Origin: Felis catus
Taxonomy: Eukaryota
NCBI RefSeq assembly: GCF_018350175.1
Contig: NC_058368.1
Span: 212,662,001 to 212,726,000 of the forward strand
Reading direction: 5' to 3'
DNA length: 64,000 bases
Every line of letters starts with the position of its first letter. Positions within the stretch are counted from its first letter, which is position 1. Below, in pieces: positions 1 to 13,914 of the stretch. The position numbers and the translations under genes were made by a program. Below the pieces are notes generated by a model. That model did no database searches, was not told the origin of the DNA, and worked only from the letters and a program-made list of their open reading frames with translations.

Positions 1-1085
1 TCATATGGTCATAAGTGCCGTAGAGAAAAGTGAAGTAGAGAAGTGAACTGAGAATGGTAGGATGGAGGGGGATTACATTTTAATATAAGGTAGTTGGGCA
101 AGGCCTTATTGAGAAGGTGACATTTCAACAAAATGTGAAGATTTGGGACTGAACCATGCAGATATTTGGAGGAAGAGTGTACCAGGAAGAGTAAGCAGCA
201 AGTGCAAACACTGTTGAGAGGTGAAAGTGTTTGCAGTTTGTTTTAGGCATGGCACAGAGTGTGGTGTTAGCAGAATGGATTAAAGAGCAGGAAGTGATAG
301 GAAATGATACCAGAGAATTAAGAGGATAGATGGAAGATCTTATAAGCCGTTTTAAGGATTTACTTTCTCTTGTTCGAGTGAAATGGGCTATTAGACATTC
401 TGAATAGAAGTCTGACATGGTCTAATTTATGTTTTTTAAAGGCTCACTTTAGTTTCTGTATAGAAACTAAAAAGGGTAAAGGTGGAAGCAGTGTATCCAG
501 TGTAATATTCCAGGCAAGAGATGGTTAGGACTCAGACTGTGGACGTAGTATTAAAACAGTGAGGGGCACCTGGGTTAGTCAGTTAAGCTCAGTCAGTTAA
601 GCGTCCAACTCTTGATTTCAGCTCAGGTCATGATCTCACAGTTCATGAGTTTGAGCCCCACTGTCCATGCAGAGCTGGCTTGGGATTCTCTCTCCCTTTC
701 TCTCTCTGCCACTCCCCTGCTCACATGCTGTCTCTCTCTCTTGAATAAATAAATACATTTAAAATTTAAAAAATTTTTAAAACAGTGAGAAGTGATAGGA
801 TTCCAGATAGATACTGAAGGAGAGTTAGTAAGATTTGCTGAAGGACAAAATGCTGAAATGAGAAAGAAAGGAGTTAGGGATATCTCCAAGATTTTTGAAC
901 TGCAGCTGGTAAAAAACAAGTAACTGAGATGGAAGAGACTGTGGGAGGAACAGAAATTGTGAGGGAAGAAGCTCCGGTGCTCAGTTAGGAGATACCAAGT
1001 AGAAACTTGAAATTCAGTTCATTAAATTGAAATGCAAAAAAGTCCAAATAAAAACCTGGCTGTTATCAGCATATAAATGGTATAT
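1..1085 (-). mobile_element. L2 LINE fragment, interrupted by a CanSINE
   Basis: Typical antisense L2 motifs (gaaggtgacattt..., ccatgcagatatttggaggaagag...gcaagtgcaaa, tcagcatataaatggtat). Confidence 0.7.
563..776 (+). mobile_element. CanSINE (SINEC)
   Basis: ggggcacctggg head, tcaggtcatgatctc, CT tract and A-rich tail. TSD ttaaaacagtgag at 551-563 and 777-789. Confidence 0.95.
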
Positions 1086-1099
1086 AAGGAGAAGAGATC

Positions 1100-1471
1100 C
1101 AAGCACTCCAGACACCATTACCCATGCTTCTTTATCCTCCAGCTTCTTGTTGGTTTTGGCCAATAGGAGTCATTTGCAGGAAAGCAGAGAAGAGAAGAGC
1201 AAGGTCGTGGGTTGGGAAGGTCCCCCAGCTCATGTCCATGTCAGGCAGCCCCCTCTGCTATTCTAAAAGGTTTCACATGCTCTGGTCACCACTTCTTCCC
1301 TTGCTCTCTAGGCCTAGGAATGATGGAGTGACAACTGTTTCTCACTGTTACCAGTCCTGGGTGCTTTGCCACCTCTCATTGGTTCCCTTGACACTATTGA
1401 CTCCATTTAACTTCTTTAAGTTACTGCTTCAGAGTATGCCATCTGTTTTCTGCCAGGACCCTAATGATATA
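1100..1471 (+). mobile_element. ERVL solo LTR fragment (LTR33-like)
   Basis: aggcctagg...ctgttaccagtcctgggtgc...ggttccctt...gagtatgccatctgttttctgccaggaccctaatgata resembles the LTR33 3' end. Confidence 0.65.
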
Positions 1472-3781
1472 ATAGTAGATCCAGTAAAAATAGATTGGAG
1501 GTGGTAGCACTTGAACCCTGAGGTCCAGTGATTATTGATAATTATATATAGTTATTAAAATTATTTTTATTATGATTTTATTTGCTTTATTTTATCCTTA
1601 CAATCAAATGGATTAGAAGCATATTATAAGGAAATAGTAGTTTTGACCTGTTGAATGACCTTAGAAAAGTCATGTCACTTTTCTGAACTTCAGTTGCTGA
1701 GTGAGTTAAACAGACATGGGAACTACTGCCTCTGCTTTCAGAAGTCCGTAAATAATGAGTTTGTACCTCCTTCAGGGTCTTGGAAGAAAGTTGTTGGAGG
1801 AGAATAAAGGCTGACTGCTTACTGTTAAATAATTTCACTGGTACATAAAACCCACAAATGCTAGCTAGAATTGGAAGAGACAGCTAGGGACAGGGGAAGC
1901 CTGTCAATACCTGCAAGGACGAAGTACGTGTCATTTCAAGATGTGTTCAGTAATTTTTTGTGTGTATCAGAATAGATTCTTTCGGTAAAAGACATGTAAC
2001 TAAGGCAGAAGACAATCTAAAGATTTTGGAATGACAGTCTAAAAATTGACAGTTACCAGCATGTTTCCTCTAGGTCTCCTTGCCGAAAGCTATACCCAGG
2101 AATGACACAGAGTCATGCAGCCCTGGAGTTTAGCAGCTGAGCACCTCTGGATCTCTGGCCTTCAGCACCCAAAGTATAATTCTTAAATCTACACACTGTC
2201 TCGTGCAGCGTTTTCTCCCCTCCTCTTCAAATAATATCCAATTACTGAGTGCTGTTCTGGGAGAACCTGGGGAAATGCTAGAAGGAAACACAGCTGAGAG
2301 CCACTGTGGTTTGACAACTCTCCAGCTACTTTGAAAATATTTTGGCAAAAACAAGATTTTAAGTAAAACTGTTTCCTTTGGTAACATACCCAAAACTGCA
2401 GGTTTTACATTTTCAGTACTATGATTTGGGCCAAAAAGGGAAAAGAAAAGAAAAAGAAAAAAGGGGAAAAGTTTTTCTAGAGTGTGGAAGAGAGAATCTA
2501 AGGAAAAGAGAAAACACTTTGCATGAGAAGCAAGAATGAGGGCAAGGAGGAAACATATGGAGACGTGTTTAACATTCTCTCCTTACTTCTTTTCTCTACT
2601 GAGGAATTTCCCCCTGTCAGAGCACAGCATTCTCTTTTGCCCTCAGATGACCTGGAAGGAATTCTCTGGGGATGACCAGGCTAGGATATGTGTTACTGCT
2701 TATTATAGGATGATGGATAGTCAACTGGGGAAGGTAAAACCACATGTGGCCATTCCACACTGCAGCCGATACGGGAGGGAATGAAATGGAATGATTTTCA
2801 TCTGCACCCACTAGTTGGTTTTTAGAGGATATGCTTATCTTTTGTTGCTTCATTTTCTTCCTGGTCACAACCACACATGAAATCCCTCAGTACTTGAAAA
2901 TTCCAAGCTCTCTACTATCTCATAGCTTTTGTAAATGCTATTTTCTCTACCCAGAATGCTCTGCCTCCAACCCCAGCACTCGTTTTCAGAGTATCCCCCC
3001 CTTACTCTCCAGATGATGTTAGCTTCTAGTGTTCTCTTTGTGGCTGTCTGTTTACATATTCCGCAATCATCTGTAAATTCAATGAGGGCTTGGCCATCAA
3101 CATATCCCCAGGGTCTATCATATTGTGGATGTTTAAAAGTATCAGCCATTTGTCTGAACCTGTCTAGCTTTACTTGCTATTTCTTACTGTACTCCTTTCC
3201 TAATAACCTACTCCTTCTTTTTTTTTATTTCCCCTTATATTTCTCTTTCCATTGTTTTTTTTCCCAATATGCTTTCTCTTCCTCCATAGTTTAAGACCCA
3301 AGATAAAGAATGTGAAGTAGAAAGCATATTCTAAACTATAGAATATTAAAGCTAAAATGTGCTTCACAGATTGTTCAACTCAGTGCCTCCAGTTGTATGA
3401 TTGTGCTGTTTCTCAAGGTCACACACAATTCTAATTATATTAGAATTGTGTAATCTTGACTGTATTTAGTCTTCCTTTCATCGTTGTCATGCTTTGGGGG
3501 ATGGAGGACCCCAAAAGTACTACTCATTTCTCTACCACACAAATTTCCTATCATCCAACAGTTGAAGTCTTATTGGAGAAGGAAAAAAAATGCTTCCTAG
3601 ATCCTTCCTAAATAGTTGCTGTTCTAAGAATAAAACTTAGAGTCAAACTCTGTCCTAAACTTCCCTCAAATTTAAGAGGATCCATCTATCTTGGAGGGGA
3701 AGGGAAAGAGTCAAGTTCAATGTTCAGTACCTAAAATAAATGCTCATTTGAGAATGGGCCCAAAGGTCTAAGACACTGTTA

Positions 3782-3784
<3 letters not shown>

Positions 3785-3830
<46 letters not shown>
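3785..3830. repeat. (GA)n microsatellite
   Basis: Direct read. Confidence 0.95.
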
Positions 3831-3833
<3 letters not shown>

Positions 3834-3854
3834 GGTGGTCCTCATCAACAATGA

Positions 3855-4090
3855 AGATAACAATAGCTAACTGACATTTGTTTATTACTATTTATCTGGC
3901 ACGTTCTGGAACCTGTCCTAAATGAAATGTATTCATTTATTCCCCCAAAACACTGTGAGTTAAGTTCCATTATCTCCACTTTACAGATGAGGAATCTGTG
4001 GCATAAAAATGTGGAATAATGTATTTCAATGTCTTTAACTAGTTAAATGGAAAGCTAAGATTTGAACCGGAAGAGCATACTGCAAAGCCA
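3855..4090 (-). mobile_element. MIR SINE
   Basis: ttatctccactttacagatgaggaatctgtggc...gatttgaacc MIR core. Confidence 0.7.
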
Positions 4091-5145
4091 AAACTCTGTG
4101 GAACACCTTGAATAATGTTTCTAGCCCAAACACAATGAGTTAAGACTTTGCTCTACAGACCAAATGTTTAACAACCTCTCTGGAAGATCTCACTCAGTAT
4201 AACCAAGTTCCATGAGGTCTGAGATAATTTGAAATCAGAACCTTGGGAATGGTGAGTCCTTTCACAATTATGTATCTAATTAGGTGGTGTGTTCCTGAAC
4301 TAATTCTGAGATTTTGTGTTGTCTGTCTGCACTTTTCCAATAACTTTCACTTGTGCCAATTCAGTTAATTCAGGCAATAATACTTGAGTTATATCTTCTC
4401 ACAAGCTAAAGAACCTCTCAAGGACATGGTCTTAACAGAAGTGAAGGGCAAGAGGCTCCTCAGACAAGCATTTTGTTTCTGCTTCACCATGGCGTATAGA
4501 ATAAAATCTGTGCTATATAGCCTTGCACAATCAGGGCCCTGCCCACTGCTTGCCATGGTCTCCAGCCATTCTCTCTGTTGTTCCTTGTGCTCCAGCCATT
4601 GAGATCTATCTTCAGCCCCTTGAACTCACCAACTTCGTCCTCCAGGGCCTGTGTTCTTGTTCTTTCTTCTACTTAAAACACATTTCCCATATATCTTCCC
4701 ATGACTGGATCCTTGCTGTCATTCAGGTCTTAGTTCAACCATCACTGCTCAGTAAACTCTTACCTATCTACCCTTTCTTTGTTCCATTCAGCATGGCTGT
4801 AATGATTTTAGGCTGGAAAAAAATTAAAACGCCAATAATCCCTAAGCAACAACAACAACAACAAAGAAAAGAACATTCAATAGATCTCCTACACAACTTG
4901 CTTCAGTAATACCACTTCCTAGTATCTTGACAGGGTAAATTATTTATTAAGTAAAAGTGAACAAATAAGATTATAGAACATCAGCCAAAAATAAATTTGA
5001 TGATAGTGTAATTAATGTAAGGAATTCTATCTGATGTACTTGAGTAATAGGACCAGTTGTTTATTTAAGCCACTCCTTGTTTCAAATAATAAAATCAAAA
5101 AATAAAATTACATGAAAGATACATTTTTTTTTCTATTCAATGAGT

Positions 5146-5492
5146 CTGTGGTCTGAATATCTGTGTTCCTCCCAAATTCAAATGTTGAAATTCTAACTCC
5201 TATAGATGATGATATTAAAAGGTAGGGATGTGGGAGATGCTTAAGAGTGTGGAGCCCTCATGAATAAGATTAGTGCCTTAGAAAAGAGGTTCTAGAGAGA
5301 TCTCTTGCCCCTTCCACCATGTTAGGACATAGCAAAAAGATGCCAGCTATGAACCAGGAAGAAGACCATCACCAGTCATGACAATACCTTGATCTTGGAC
5401 ATATCAGCCTCCAGAACTATGAAAAATAAATTTCTGTTGTTTATAGTTCACCCAGTAAGTGATATTTTGTTGTAGCAGCCTAAACAGGCAAG
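5146..5492 (+). mobile_element. MaLR solo LTR (MLT1A/B-like)
   Basis: tgtggtctgaat...cccaaattc...gttgaaattctaac; gatcttggac...cagcctccagaactatga.aaataaatttctgttgttt...gcagcc. Confidence 0.8.
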
Positions 5493-6248
5493 AAACTGAC
5501 AAAAGATAAATGTACCTGGCCGTTTAAGAGAAATATCAGATAATTGAGAAGCAAGTTAAGAAACAAGAGTAGGAGTGGGGATGACGAAGGTGTGGAACAT
5601 CTCCTTTTTAACCTACTGCAGAGTTTAATCTGGAGATAATTTCTATTAATCCTGACTGTCATGAAGCAGTTACTGTCTAAGCATCAGTATTAAGGAGTAT
5701 ACATACATCCACTGTGGGCCAGTGAACCAGTTATCAATTTCTGACCATGCAGTCAAAAGTCACAAATGATGTAGTGCTTGGCTGCATTTTCCTTGAAGTA
5801 TTGAAGTCTTTTATAATGATATTTCATGAGATAGCTTTATCTAAATTCCACTTGTTCCTCATGTGAACCTTGTTCTGCAAAACTCAGAATTGCTGTTCAT
5901 CAAGCAAGTATCTGTTACAAATTTTGAACAATAAATTAATAGAGCTATAATTTGTAGACAGCAAAAGGTGTATTAAACTATTAAATAGTTGCACTTTGAA
6001 ATATGGAATAAAATATACACTAGGTTTATTCAAAGAGCGCTTTGCTGACAGTTAACAAATTTATCAAGATTAGCTTACATTACATTTCAGGACAGTTATT
6101 AATCAAACTGGAGACTATATTCCGCCCTAAACACTATATTCAGATTGACTTTTTAAATTAGCTACACAATGTGAGAGACTTTTCTAGGATCCAATCGCAA
6201 AGCAGCCTGGGATATATAAAAACCAGCTTCAGTGATCTGGGTTTATGG

Positions 6249-6460
6249 CAGGGTTTCTCAATCTCAGCACTACTACATTTGGGGTTGATTATTCTTCCTT
6301 GTGGGGGACTCGCTGGTGTATTGTTGAATGTGTAACAGCAACTTTGGTCTCTACTCACTAGATGCCAGAGGCACCTCCTTTCCCAGTTGTGACAAACAAA
6401 AACTTTTCCAGACATTGCCAAATGTTCCCTGGAGGAAAAATATGCCCCTTGTTTATAGAG
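6249..6460. mobile_element. MER20-like hAT-Charlie non-autonomous DNA transposon
   Basis: cagggtttctcaatctcagcact...ctctactcactagatgccag...cccagttgtgacaa.caaaaa...ccagacattgccaaatgt.ccctgg. Confidence 0.8.
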
Positions 6461-8471
6461 TAGGTAAAGAAGCCTTCCAAGTATCCAAAATTTAGGAGCA
6501 TGACCTTATTCACTGGATCCAAACCTCAGGAAACTGTACCTAAGAACCTGGCCTCTCAACTACTTCTAAAAGCAGACTCATGTGTCCACTGATGGTTTGT
6601 TGAAGCTAAGCAGTGGTAAACATATAATATACATATACCATATAAGGTTTAATTTATATCAGGTCGTTAGAGAGAACATGCCTCCTGATTTTGGCTCCAC
6701 TTGGCGCTTTATTACCTTTGTTTATTTCATTCCAACCTCCTTGTTGAAGGGTTTCTAGAAGTGTGAGAACTTGGTTTACTATCACATTTTGTAGCTAAAA
6801 CTGCTTTAAAGTTATTTGTAATTCTATGACACTAGAGATCTCACCATCAAGTTGCCTGAGGCATATTTTTAAGGCTCAAGAAGGTTTAAGTCCTTTAGCC
6901 AATCTTACTGTTTTCATTATTTCAACCCTTCCAACCCAACTGTGTGTTCAGAATATACAAGGACAAATAATAGTTAAATGATCATTTTCTAAGCAATTCA
7001 CATTACTCAATATTAATTCATTTTAAAAATAGTTGGAATCAAAACAAGGCCAATCTCAAAATATAGTGATAATCCCAGAATAAATTTATTGATTTATCAT
7101 GAGATATCATGAGGCTCTGTTCATTTATGAGTGTGTCAAAAATTTCTTCTTTACATTTATATATTTATCTTTGAAAGTGTGTTCCACAGGGTATCAATCC
7201 TCTCATTCCTTAGGGATTCCAAACATGGCCCCATCAGACCATCTGCCAATCTTGGTCACCACAAATAATTAACCCCACCATGAAGTATTTAAAATATGTA
7301 AAGGTTAAAAGATCATAAAAATGAGACCATATGTACAAACATACCACGTGTGCTTTGGCAAGGGAAATGTACATGTTAAGACAAATCTTAACAAGCCTGC
7401 CAGAAAGTTAGATCAAAACCAGGACAAAAAGATTCTTTTCATATAAGCCTAGGTATTTCCCTAGCACTTACCCTGAGGTTAGCCAAGATGAAGAAAACCA
7501 ATATACCCATATATCTGCCTGGCAAAGCCAGGAAGATCCTTAATGGCTGAGAAAATAAAAGACCTAGAACCCTGTGTTTGGGGAGGTGAACTGCCCTGAT
7601 CCAAATCCTGGCTCACAACTAATTGTATCATCATCTTAATATGCTGGCAAAATATATAACATCTCTGATCCTCAATTTCCTCATCTATAAGATGGAAATG
7701 ATTATATATTTCTTCTGGAATGTTCTCAGGAATAAATAAGATAAACTGAAAGTGTTTAGAATTTTTTTCCCATCACTTAATGAGGGTTACTATTCTAATT
7801 AATACAACATATATACATCCAGTCTCCTCAGGACTGCTAACATTTTGGTGCCCACTCTTAGTTATTTTAGATGATGCTTCAAGGAAACACTGTATTTGTA
7901 AAGATGCATCCAGTTTTGTTAAGTGGCTATACCACCAAAGCCAGATTGAGGAAGAGCATATATAGTCCGAATCTAGTTGTGCACAAGCTTTTGTGTTCCC
8001 TGAGTAGGTCATCTGCACTGGAATGGGGTTTATCTCACTGATGGGAAATAGCCAAAGGACTCTTCTTGAAGATCACCAGAAGATAGTAAAAAATGGGGAT
8101 GTTAGAGTGACTAGGAAGTGGCTTCAACCCATGCATTAAACACTTTCAGTTAATGAGAATAACCTGTACCCTGCTTATGCTGTTTGAATGAGTGGACTGT
8201 GAAACTGTCAAAACCTAGGAAGAAATTACTTTTAGATAGCCAATAGTTGGGCTTATCCATGTCACACTCCCCGTCCTTTAGAACTGATTATTTAATGTTT
8301 ATGACACCACTATGCATCAAATTGTTAAATTAAAAATTACTAAAATAAAAAATTTTAAATTGTTAAGATAAAAATTCACTCTAATAGATAGCTAAGTGAA
8401 TTAGGATTAGTTTATATAACCCTGAAGCAGGGGCGGGGTGGGGGGGAGCGGTGAGGGGTAGTTTCTCATGC

Positions 8472-8684
8472 TTTTTTTTTTTTAATGTTTATTTATTTTT
8501 GAGAGACAGAGAGAGACACAGTGCATGAGTGGGAGAGGGGCAGAGAGAGAGGGAAACACAGAATCTGAAACAGACTCCAGGCTCTGACCTGTCAGCACAG
8601 CCCCCAAAGCGGGGCTGGAACCCATGAACTGCAAGATCATGAACTGTGAGCCAAAGCCGGATGTTTAACCGGCTGAGACACCCC
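8472..8684 (-). mobile_element. CanSINE (SINEC)
   Basis: Antisense SINE body after a poly-T tract. TSD tagttt(c/t)catgcttt at 8459 and 8685. Confidence 0.95.
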
Positions 8685-9512
8685 TAGTTTCCCATGCTTT
8701 TAAAGCCTTTAGAGCTTAAAAAATAATGAAATATACCAGACATTACAGAAATGTATAAAGAGTAATAAAGCAAACTTTTGCTGAGGCTGTAGGACTTCAG
8801 GAGTTCCGGCATTAATCTGAGGTCTCAGTTCCTACTCTACATCTTGCTAGTTCCCCTCCCCACCTATAATACCCAAGCCTCAGGGCCTAGACATTGTCAA
8901 ATGCCCACAGCAGCTAAAGATTTGGTTACCAGTTTCACACTTTACTTTCTCTGAGCCATAAATTTAAAAAGATATGTAAAATATTTCATTCAGCCCTCTA
9001 CATGTTTTTAGTGGGAATTTTTCCCAGGTTATGTAGCCCCTTCATTAATGTTTTTTATCAGAATGTATTTATTAGTATGAATTTGAGATTTTTTTAAGTT
9101 TCATTTTAGGTATATATTTTTGTTTGTAAGATATGAATTAAGACTTACAATATTAAGATATGAATGACAATAAAGACAAAATGACCATGAACAGAATTGG
9201 TATGCTATATAAATTATTGTAAGGACACACAGTTTTCCATGATAGAGAGTAATTTTTGTATTTGAATTTCTTTTCAATAGTTCCAAAATAATAACTAAAA
9301 GAAAATCAGTGATTTTGTTGTTACTCAGTGAATGTGAACTCTAAACCTAAACTACCCTCTCCCTTTCCAAAGGCCCTTAGGATATTTTCCCAATTTATAA
9401 ATTCCCCATTCTAGTGTAAATTATCCTTGGAGAATGGAATATAAGTGCTAGCAAATCCATTTAGCTGTCTCCATCTCACCTAAAAGTCTGTTGAGTTAAT
9501 GAGGAAATTCAA

Positions 9513-9538
9513 TCTCTCTCTCTTTCTCTCTCTCTCTC

Positions 9539-9586
<48 letters not shown>

Positions 9587-9603
9587 TGTGTGTGGTGTGT
9601 GTG
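9513..9603. repeat. Compound (TC)n(TG)n microsatellite
   Basis: Direct read. Confidence 0.95.
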
Positions 9604-11337
9604 TTATCAATCTTCAGAATTCCAAAACTTATGCAGTAAATAAGTGCGGAATTGGTTAACTTGCTGGGATTTGGGTGAGCCCTGGGATATCATCAGGTGG
9701 TAAATCTTGCAATGGTAACCATCTTCCATAAGAACACTGACTTACACTCTTCTGTGCGTGCTTCTGGCCAACTAAAGCCTGATACCTCCTGCCAAATTTC
9801 TCCCTAGAGGATCTGAACTCCAGCTCTGACACCATTGGTGGTCCCATTCAGACCTTCTTGGCCCCACTGCATGGGGAGGGGAGGAAGGAAGGTGTTCTAT
9901 CCAGTTTTAAGATGAGGAAACTGAGCCTCATCAAGGTTAATTTTTATGAATTTAAATAATAAACAGTGGAACCAAACTGACTCCAGAGCTCATAGTATTT
10001 CACTATACTGCATTGCAAATATAAAAATACTGTTTTGTAAAAAGCTGGCAGCCAGCAGTGCAGTAACTGATTTTAGGGGTGTTTTAAGTGGTTGGGGTTA
10101 CGCTGGCTGCTTGTGGGAAGCCTAATTTGTTTGGAACATGGCCTGGCACATAGTAACTGTTATATAAGTGTTTGCCATTTGCCATTGCCACAAGCATGGA
10201 CTCTGAGCAGCTTAGGTGTCACAAGCACATCATAACTGTCATGTGTCCACTACTGTTTCCTGGATTCAGACTTAAGAAGGGGACAATTCCCTTAAAGCAC
10301 AAGCAAGTTTAAGCCACTGAAAATTTCTGCAAACTGGAGTAATGTTTCTATAATGCTCAGTAAAGCCACAATAATGTCAAGAAAGAAAACTATTTATGTA
10401 ATCCCATCTGTATAAATAAGATTAGATCTTTGTAGTGCTCCTTAACTTTGTTGGTCTTCTTTAGCCCTTTATACAGGCTGCTTTATCTCTCCATACATAA
10501 AGATACCAAGTTATAAGAAGTTTGTGTATTCGATTCAATCTATGTCATTTGGATAAAGGCTCGACAAAAGTATCCCTCTAGAATGTCTATTAAGAAGGGA
10601 TCTTCTTAGGAAAATAACAATATAAATAATGTTAAAGGAAAAGTATTTAAATTATCCAAGGTAACACACATTTTTAAATGTCTTAAACTTTTCCAGAAAC
10701 AACACAATGATAATATCTAATCATGAGATCTCTTTCTTAAACCAGATTCACAAATAAATTCTACTGGAAAATTCTTCCTATTAGCCTGTCTTCTTCCAGT
10801 TTTCACTTTATTAAGATCCTAGAGGCTGCTATCTCCCAAATATATTTTTCATACCCACCCTAAGATTTTTTTTAATAGAATTTAAATCCTCTTTCTTAAT
10901 AACGCACAGGTCAAGCCTTGTTCTTAAATCCAATTTAACTAGTAATAACGATGACTTTTGATTAAAAACATTTTTTAATAAATAAATAAATTCCCTCTCT
11001 TACTATCTCTAGTTTTCTCTTTCTGATATAATGATTTTAATAATGACCATTACAGATTTTTAAGTATTTTAAGACCCACAATCTCAGAAATATGTGTCAT
11101 ATAAAACTTGTATTTTTTAAAATTTTAGTTACAGCATTTATAAAATTGGTGAATAAATTAATATAATTTATTTTGATTCTACAATGTGCTTATAAATTAC
11201 CTAATGTTTAGGAAATTCATACTATTAAAGCTTTAGAAAATTAGATTGCTATGTTCTTGGCAGTCTTGAATTTGAATGTTTGTGAATAAATCTTTTATAC
11301 AAATGAGAATTTCTAATGTTCCTGTTTAAAGAAGAAG

Positions 11338-11365
11338 ATATATATATATAGATAGATAGATAGAT

Positions 11366-11396
<31 letters not shown>

Positions 11397-11399
11397 TAA

Positions 11400-11445
<46 letters not shown>
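11338..11445. repeat. Compound (TA)n(TAGA)n(CA)n microsatellite
   Basis: Direct read. Confidence 0.95.
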
Positions 11446-11446
<1 letters not shown>

Positions 11447-12629
11447 GAGTTTATAAGAAGTTTGGCCAAGTACTAAGAAACTTGAATAGCTCTGTCATTT
11501 CAAGTTTAAATTTTTCTGATCTTACTATGTGGATTTTCCTGAGAGTCCAGACTTAAACACTTTCTATATGAAGAGAAATGTTCTATAGTATCAGTCATAA
11601 GTCCACTCTGGTCTTTAAAAATATCCAGCAAGCCTCAAATGAGGCTTCATTTTATTTATTTAAATGAATTTAAATAAATTCATTATTTCTTCAGCATGCT
11701 TTCCATGTTCTTCTTTTAGGACATTGCCCCTCTCCCATCCCTAATCTTCTTTGTTCTTTGAAGCAGCATGCGGTCCAAAGAGCATCTGCCATTTTCTTAC
11801 ATGATCCCACAATCTTGGCACATGGCCCACACCTAGCCAGTTGGTGTCCTTCCCGGAGAAGAATGTCCTTTCTTCTATGACCATGTAAGAACAGAAGCTA
11901 TTGCCCCCAGCTGTGTCCCTCATTGTATAGAAAATCTCCTATCTTTAAAAGGATAGCACAAACTGGTTTTCAGAAAGAAGGCAAGGCATGTGAAAGAGTG
12001 AAAAGACAGTGACAGAGAAAGTGAGAGACAGAGGAAGAGACAGAAAACTGAAAAGGAAAGACTCCAGTAGAAAAGGAGAAGGGAGAATTGAGATTATATC
12101 AGTGTGATTGTCATATGTGTTGTTTTGGGTCTTGCTCCTTCTCTGGCTCCTGCCTTCCAAGGCTTGGTCTTTAAGCCTTTGCTTCTATCTGTAAGATACT
12201 TTGTTATCTTTTCGAAGTTCTCCCCTGCCCTTCAAGTAGACTATCCTTGCAGTCAAAAGATTTCTCATAGAAAGAGCTATCCCAAAGTCTCTGTGGCCCT
12301 GCATTTGGATAGTACACAGTTTGATAACATGGAGAATTATTTGCACTTTCCATTAAATTTTAACCATTCACCAAATATTACATCAATGTTATAAGGAAGG
12401 AGGAAAAAAAAATCGCCCAGCAGGTATTATGATTATAGGAACTATTATTTCAAAGATAAGTACCTGAAGGTATGATTGAACTGAGAATGACAAATCAGGC
12501 CCAACTAGGACACATAGATGGGGAGACTGGTCCAAAGTAATCCTCCTAGAGAAATTTAGACTATGTAAGGGTGCTGAAGGAACCTGATTCTTAAGTTACT
12601 CAAGTTTTATTTTACCTTCATCACTCCTG

Positions 12630-13047
12630 GTATATTATAGCACCCTTGCTGCAACAAATTGTAACACACTTAGTGACTCAAAATGACACAAATTTATTAT
12701 ATTCAGGCCTGGAAGAAGTCTAAAATGGGTCAGCAGGGCTCTGGGGAAGTATCTGTTTCCTTGCCTTTTCCAGTTTCTAGAGGCTGCCCACATTCTTTGG
12801 CTTGTGGCTTCATATAATTCCAGTTCTGCTTCCATTATTATATCTTTTTCTCTATGACTCTCCTGTGGCCTTCTTATAAGGACCCTTATGATTATATTGG
12901 GCCCACCTGATAATACAAGATAAACTCCCATATTAAAACCCTAAACTTAATCCATGTACAAAGTCCCTTTTGCCTTATAAGGTAGCATATCAGGTTCTGG
13001 GCATTAGGGTGTAGACATCTTTGGAAGGACATTATTAGCCTACCATA
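12630..13047 (-). mobile_element. MaLR solo LTR (MLT1C/D-like)
   Basis: gctgcaacaaatt...ttagtg.ct.aaa...ccttttccagtttctagaggctgcccacattc...tcttataaggaccct..gattatattgggcccacc...attattagcctaccata. Confidence 0.8.
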
Positions 13048-13609
13048 CCTAGTACTGCTTCTTGCAAAAGAGTGCCAAACTGTAGATCAGGAATCGGTGA
13101 CTTGATACATTATCTCAAGTTTGTCTGGAGAGGTCATCAGCCCTAAAAGCGTCACTATGCATCTCAACATGGGATTCTTGTGGGACAAAACTTAGGACCT
13201 GGTGTATACCATCCATTTTTTCCCCTATGACTATAGAGCAGATGAGTACTTGTTAGAAACCTCAAAAATTCTGAGAAGATGTCAGTGGTGATGCAAAAAT
13301 TTGTCTTCACACAGCAGGAACAGATCCAGCTCTAAGAACCCATTTGCTCAAAGTCCTTAGGATAGGACATTCTGCTTACCAACAAACTGGCCAGAGCACT
13401 TATCTAGATTAATAGATCCCCAAAAATCTAGAAACATGAGAAAGAGACAGATTTCATGCTGCTGATAACCAATATTCCCACTGTTCTGAAATCTATGCAA
13501 CTACTGCTCTGCTATCAGGATAAGTGAGCATGTTCTGTGAGTCCTGGTGTACAGAATGCTAGGGACATTTCTGAAAACCACCTGGCCCGCCACTTATAAA
13601 AGCAGTCTG

Positions 13610-13860
13610 TAGTTTCACAATAGCAGGAATCCCTTACTACCTCCAGTGTAAAGGAAAGTGGATCTAGGACCACCCAGTAAAAGTTGGAACCACTGAGAGT
13701 CTATCATGGGGAGGTTGAAACTATGAAGGAAACACCACTGTTGCAGGAAACTCCACTGAGGCAGTGGTGGGGCAGGGGAGGAGGAATACCCTGGCTTCTC
13801 CCTTCTTCCCATCTACTGACCTACCACCAAGCTCAGGAGAAAGCTAGTTGGCAAGAAAGC
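13610..13860. mobile_element. Old ERVL-type LTR fragment (LTR33/LTR41-like)
   Basis: taccctggcttctcccttcttccc...ctaccacc...agaaagctagttggcaag motif; degenerate. Confidence 0.4.
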
Positions 13861-13863
13861 CTG

Positions 13864-13865
<2 letters not shown>

Positions 13866-13911
<46 letters not shown>
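13866..13911. repeat. (CA)n microsatellite
   Basis: Direct read. Confidence 0.95.

Positions 13912-13914
<3 letters not shown>

Noticed and set aside
1027..4909. Longer ORFs at 1124-1507, 2935-3294 and 4523-4909 as coding exons
   Set aside because: No recognisable protein similarity; they overlap LTR or L2 relics or low-complexity pyrimidine-rich sequence.
11663..11684. 10-bp-arm inverted repeat AATGAATTTA-AA-TAAATTCATT
   Set aside because: Almost purely AT and short; plausible by chance.
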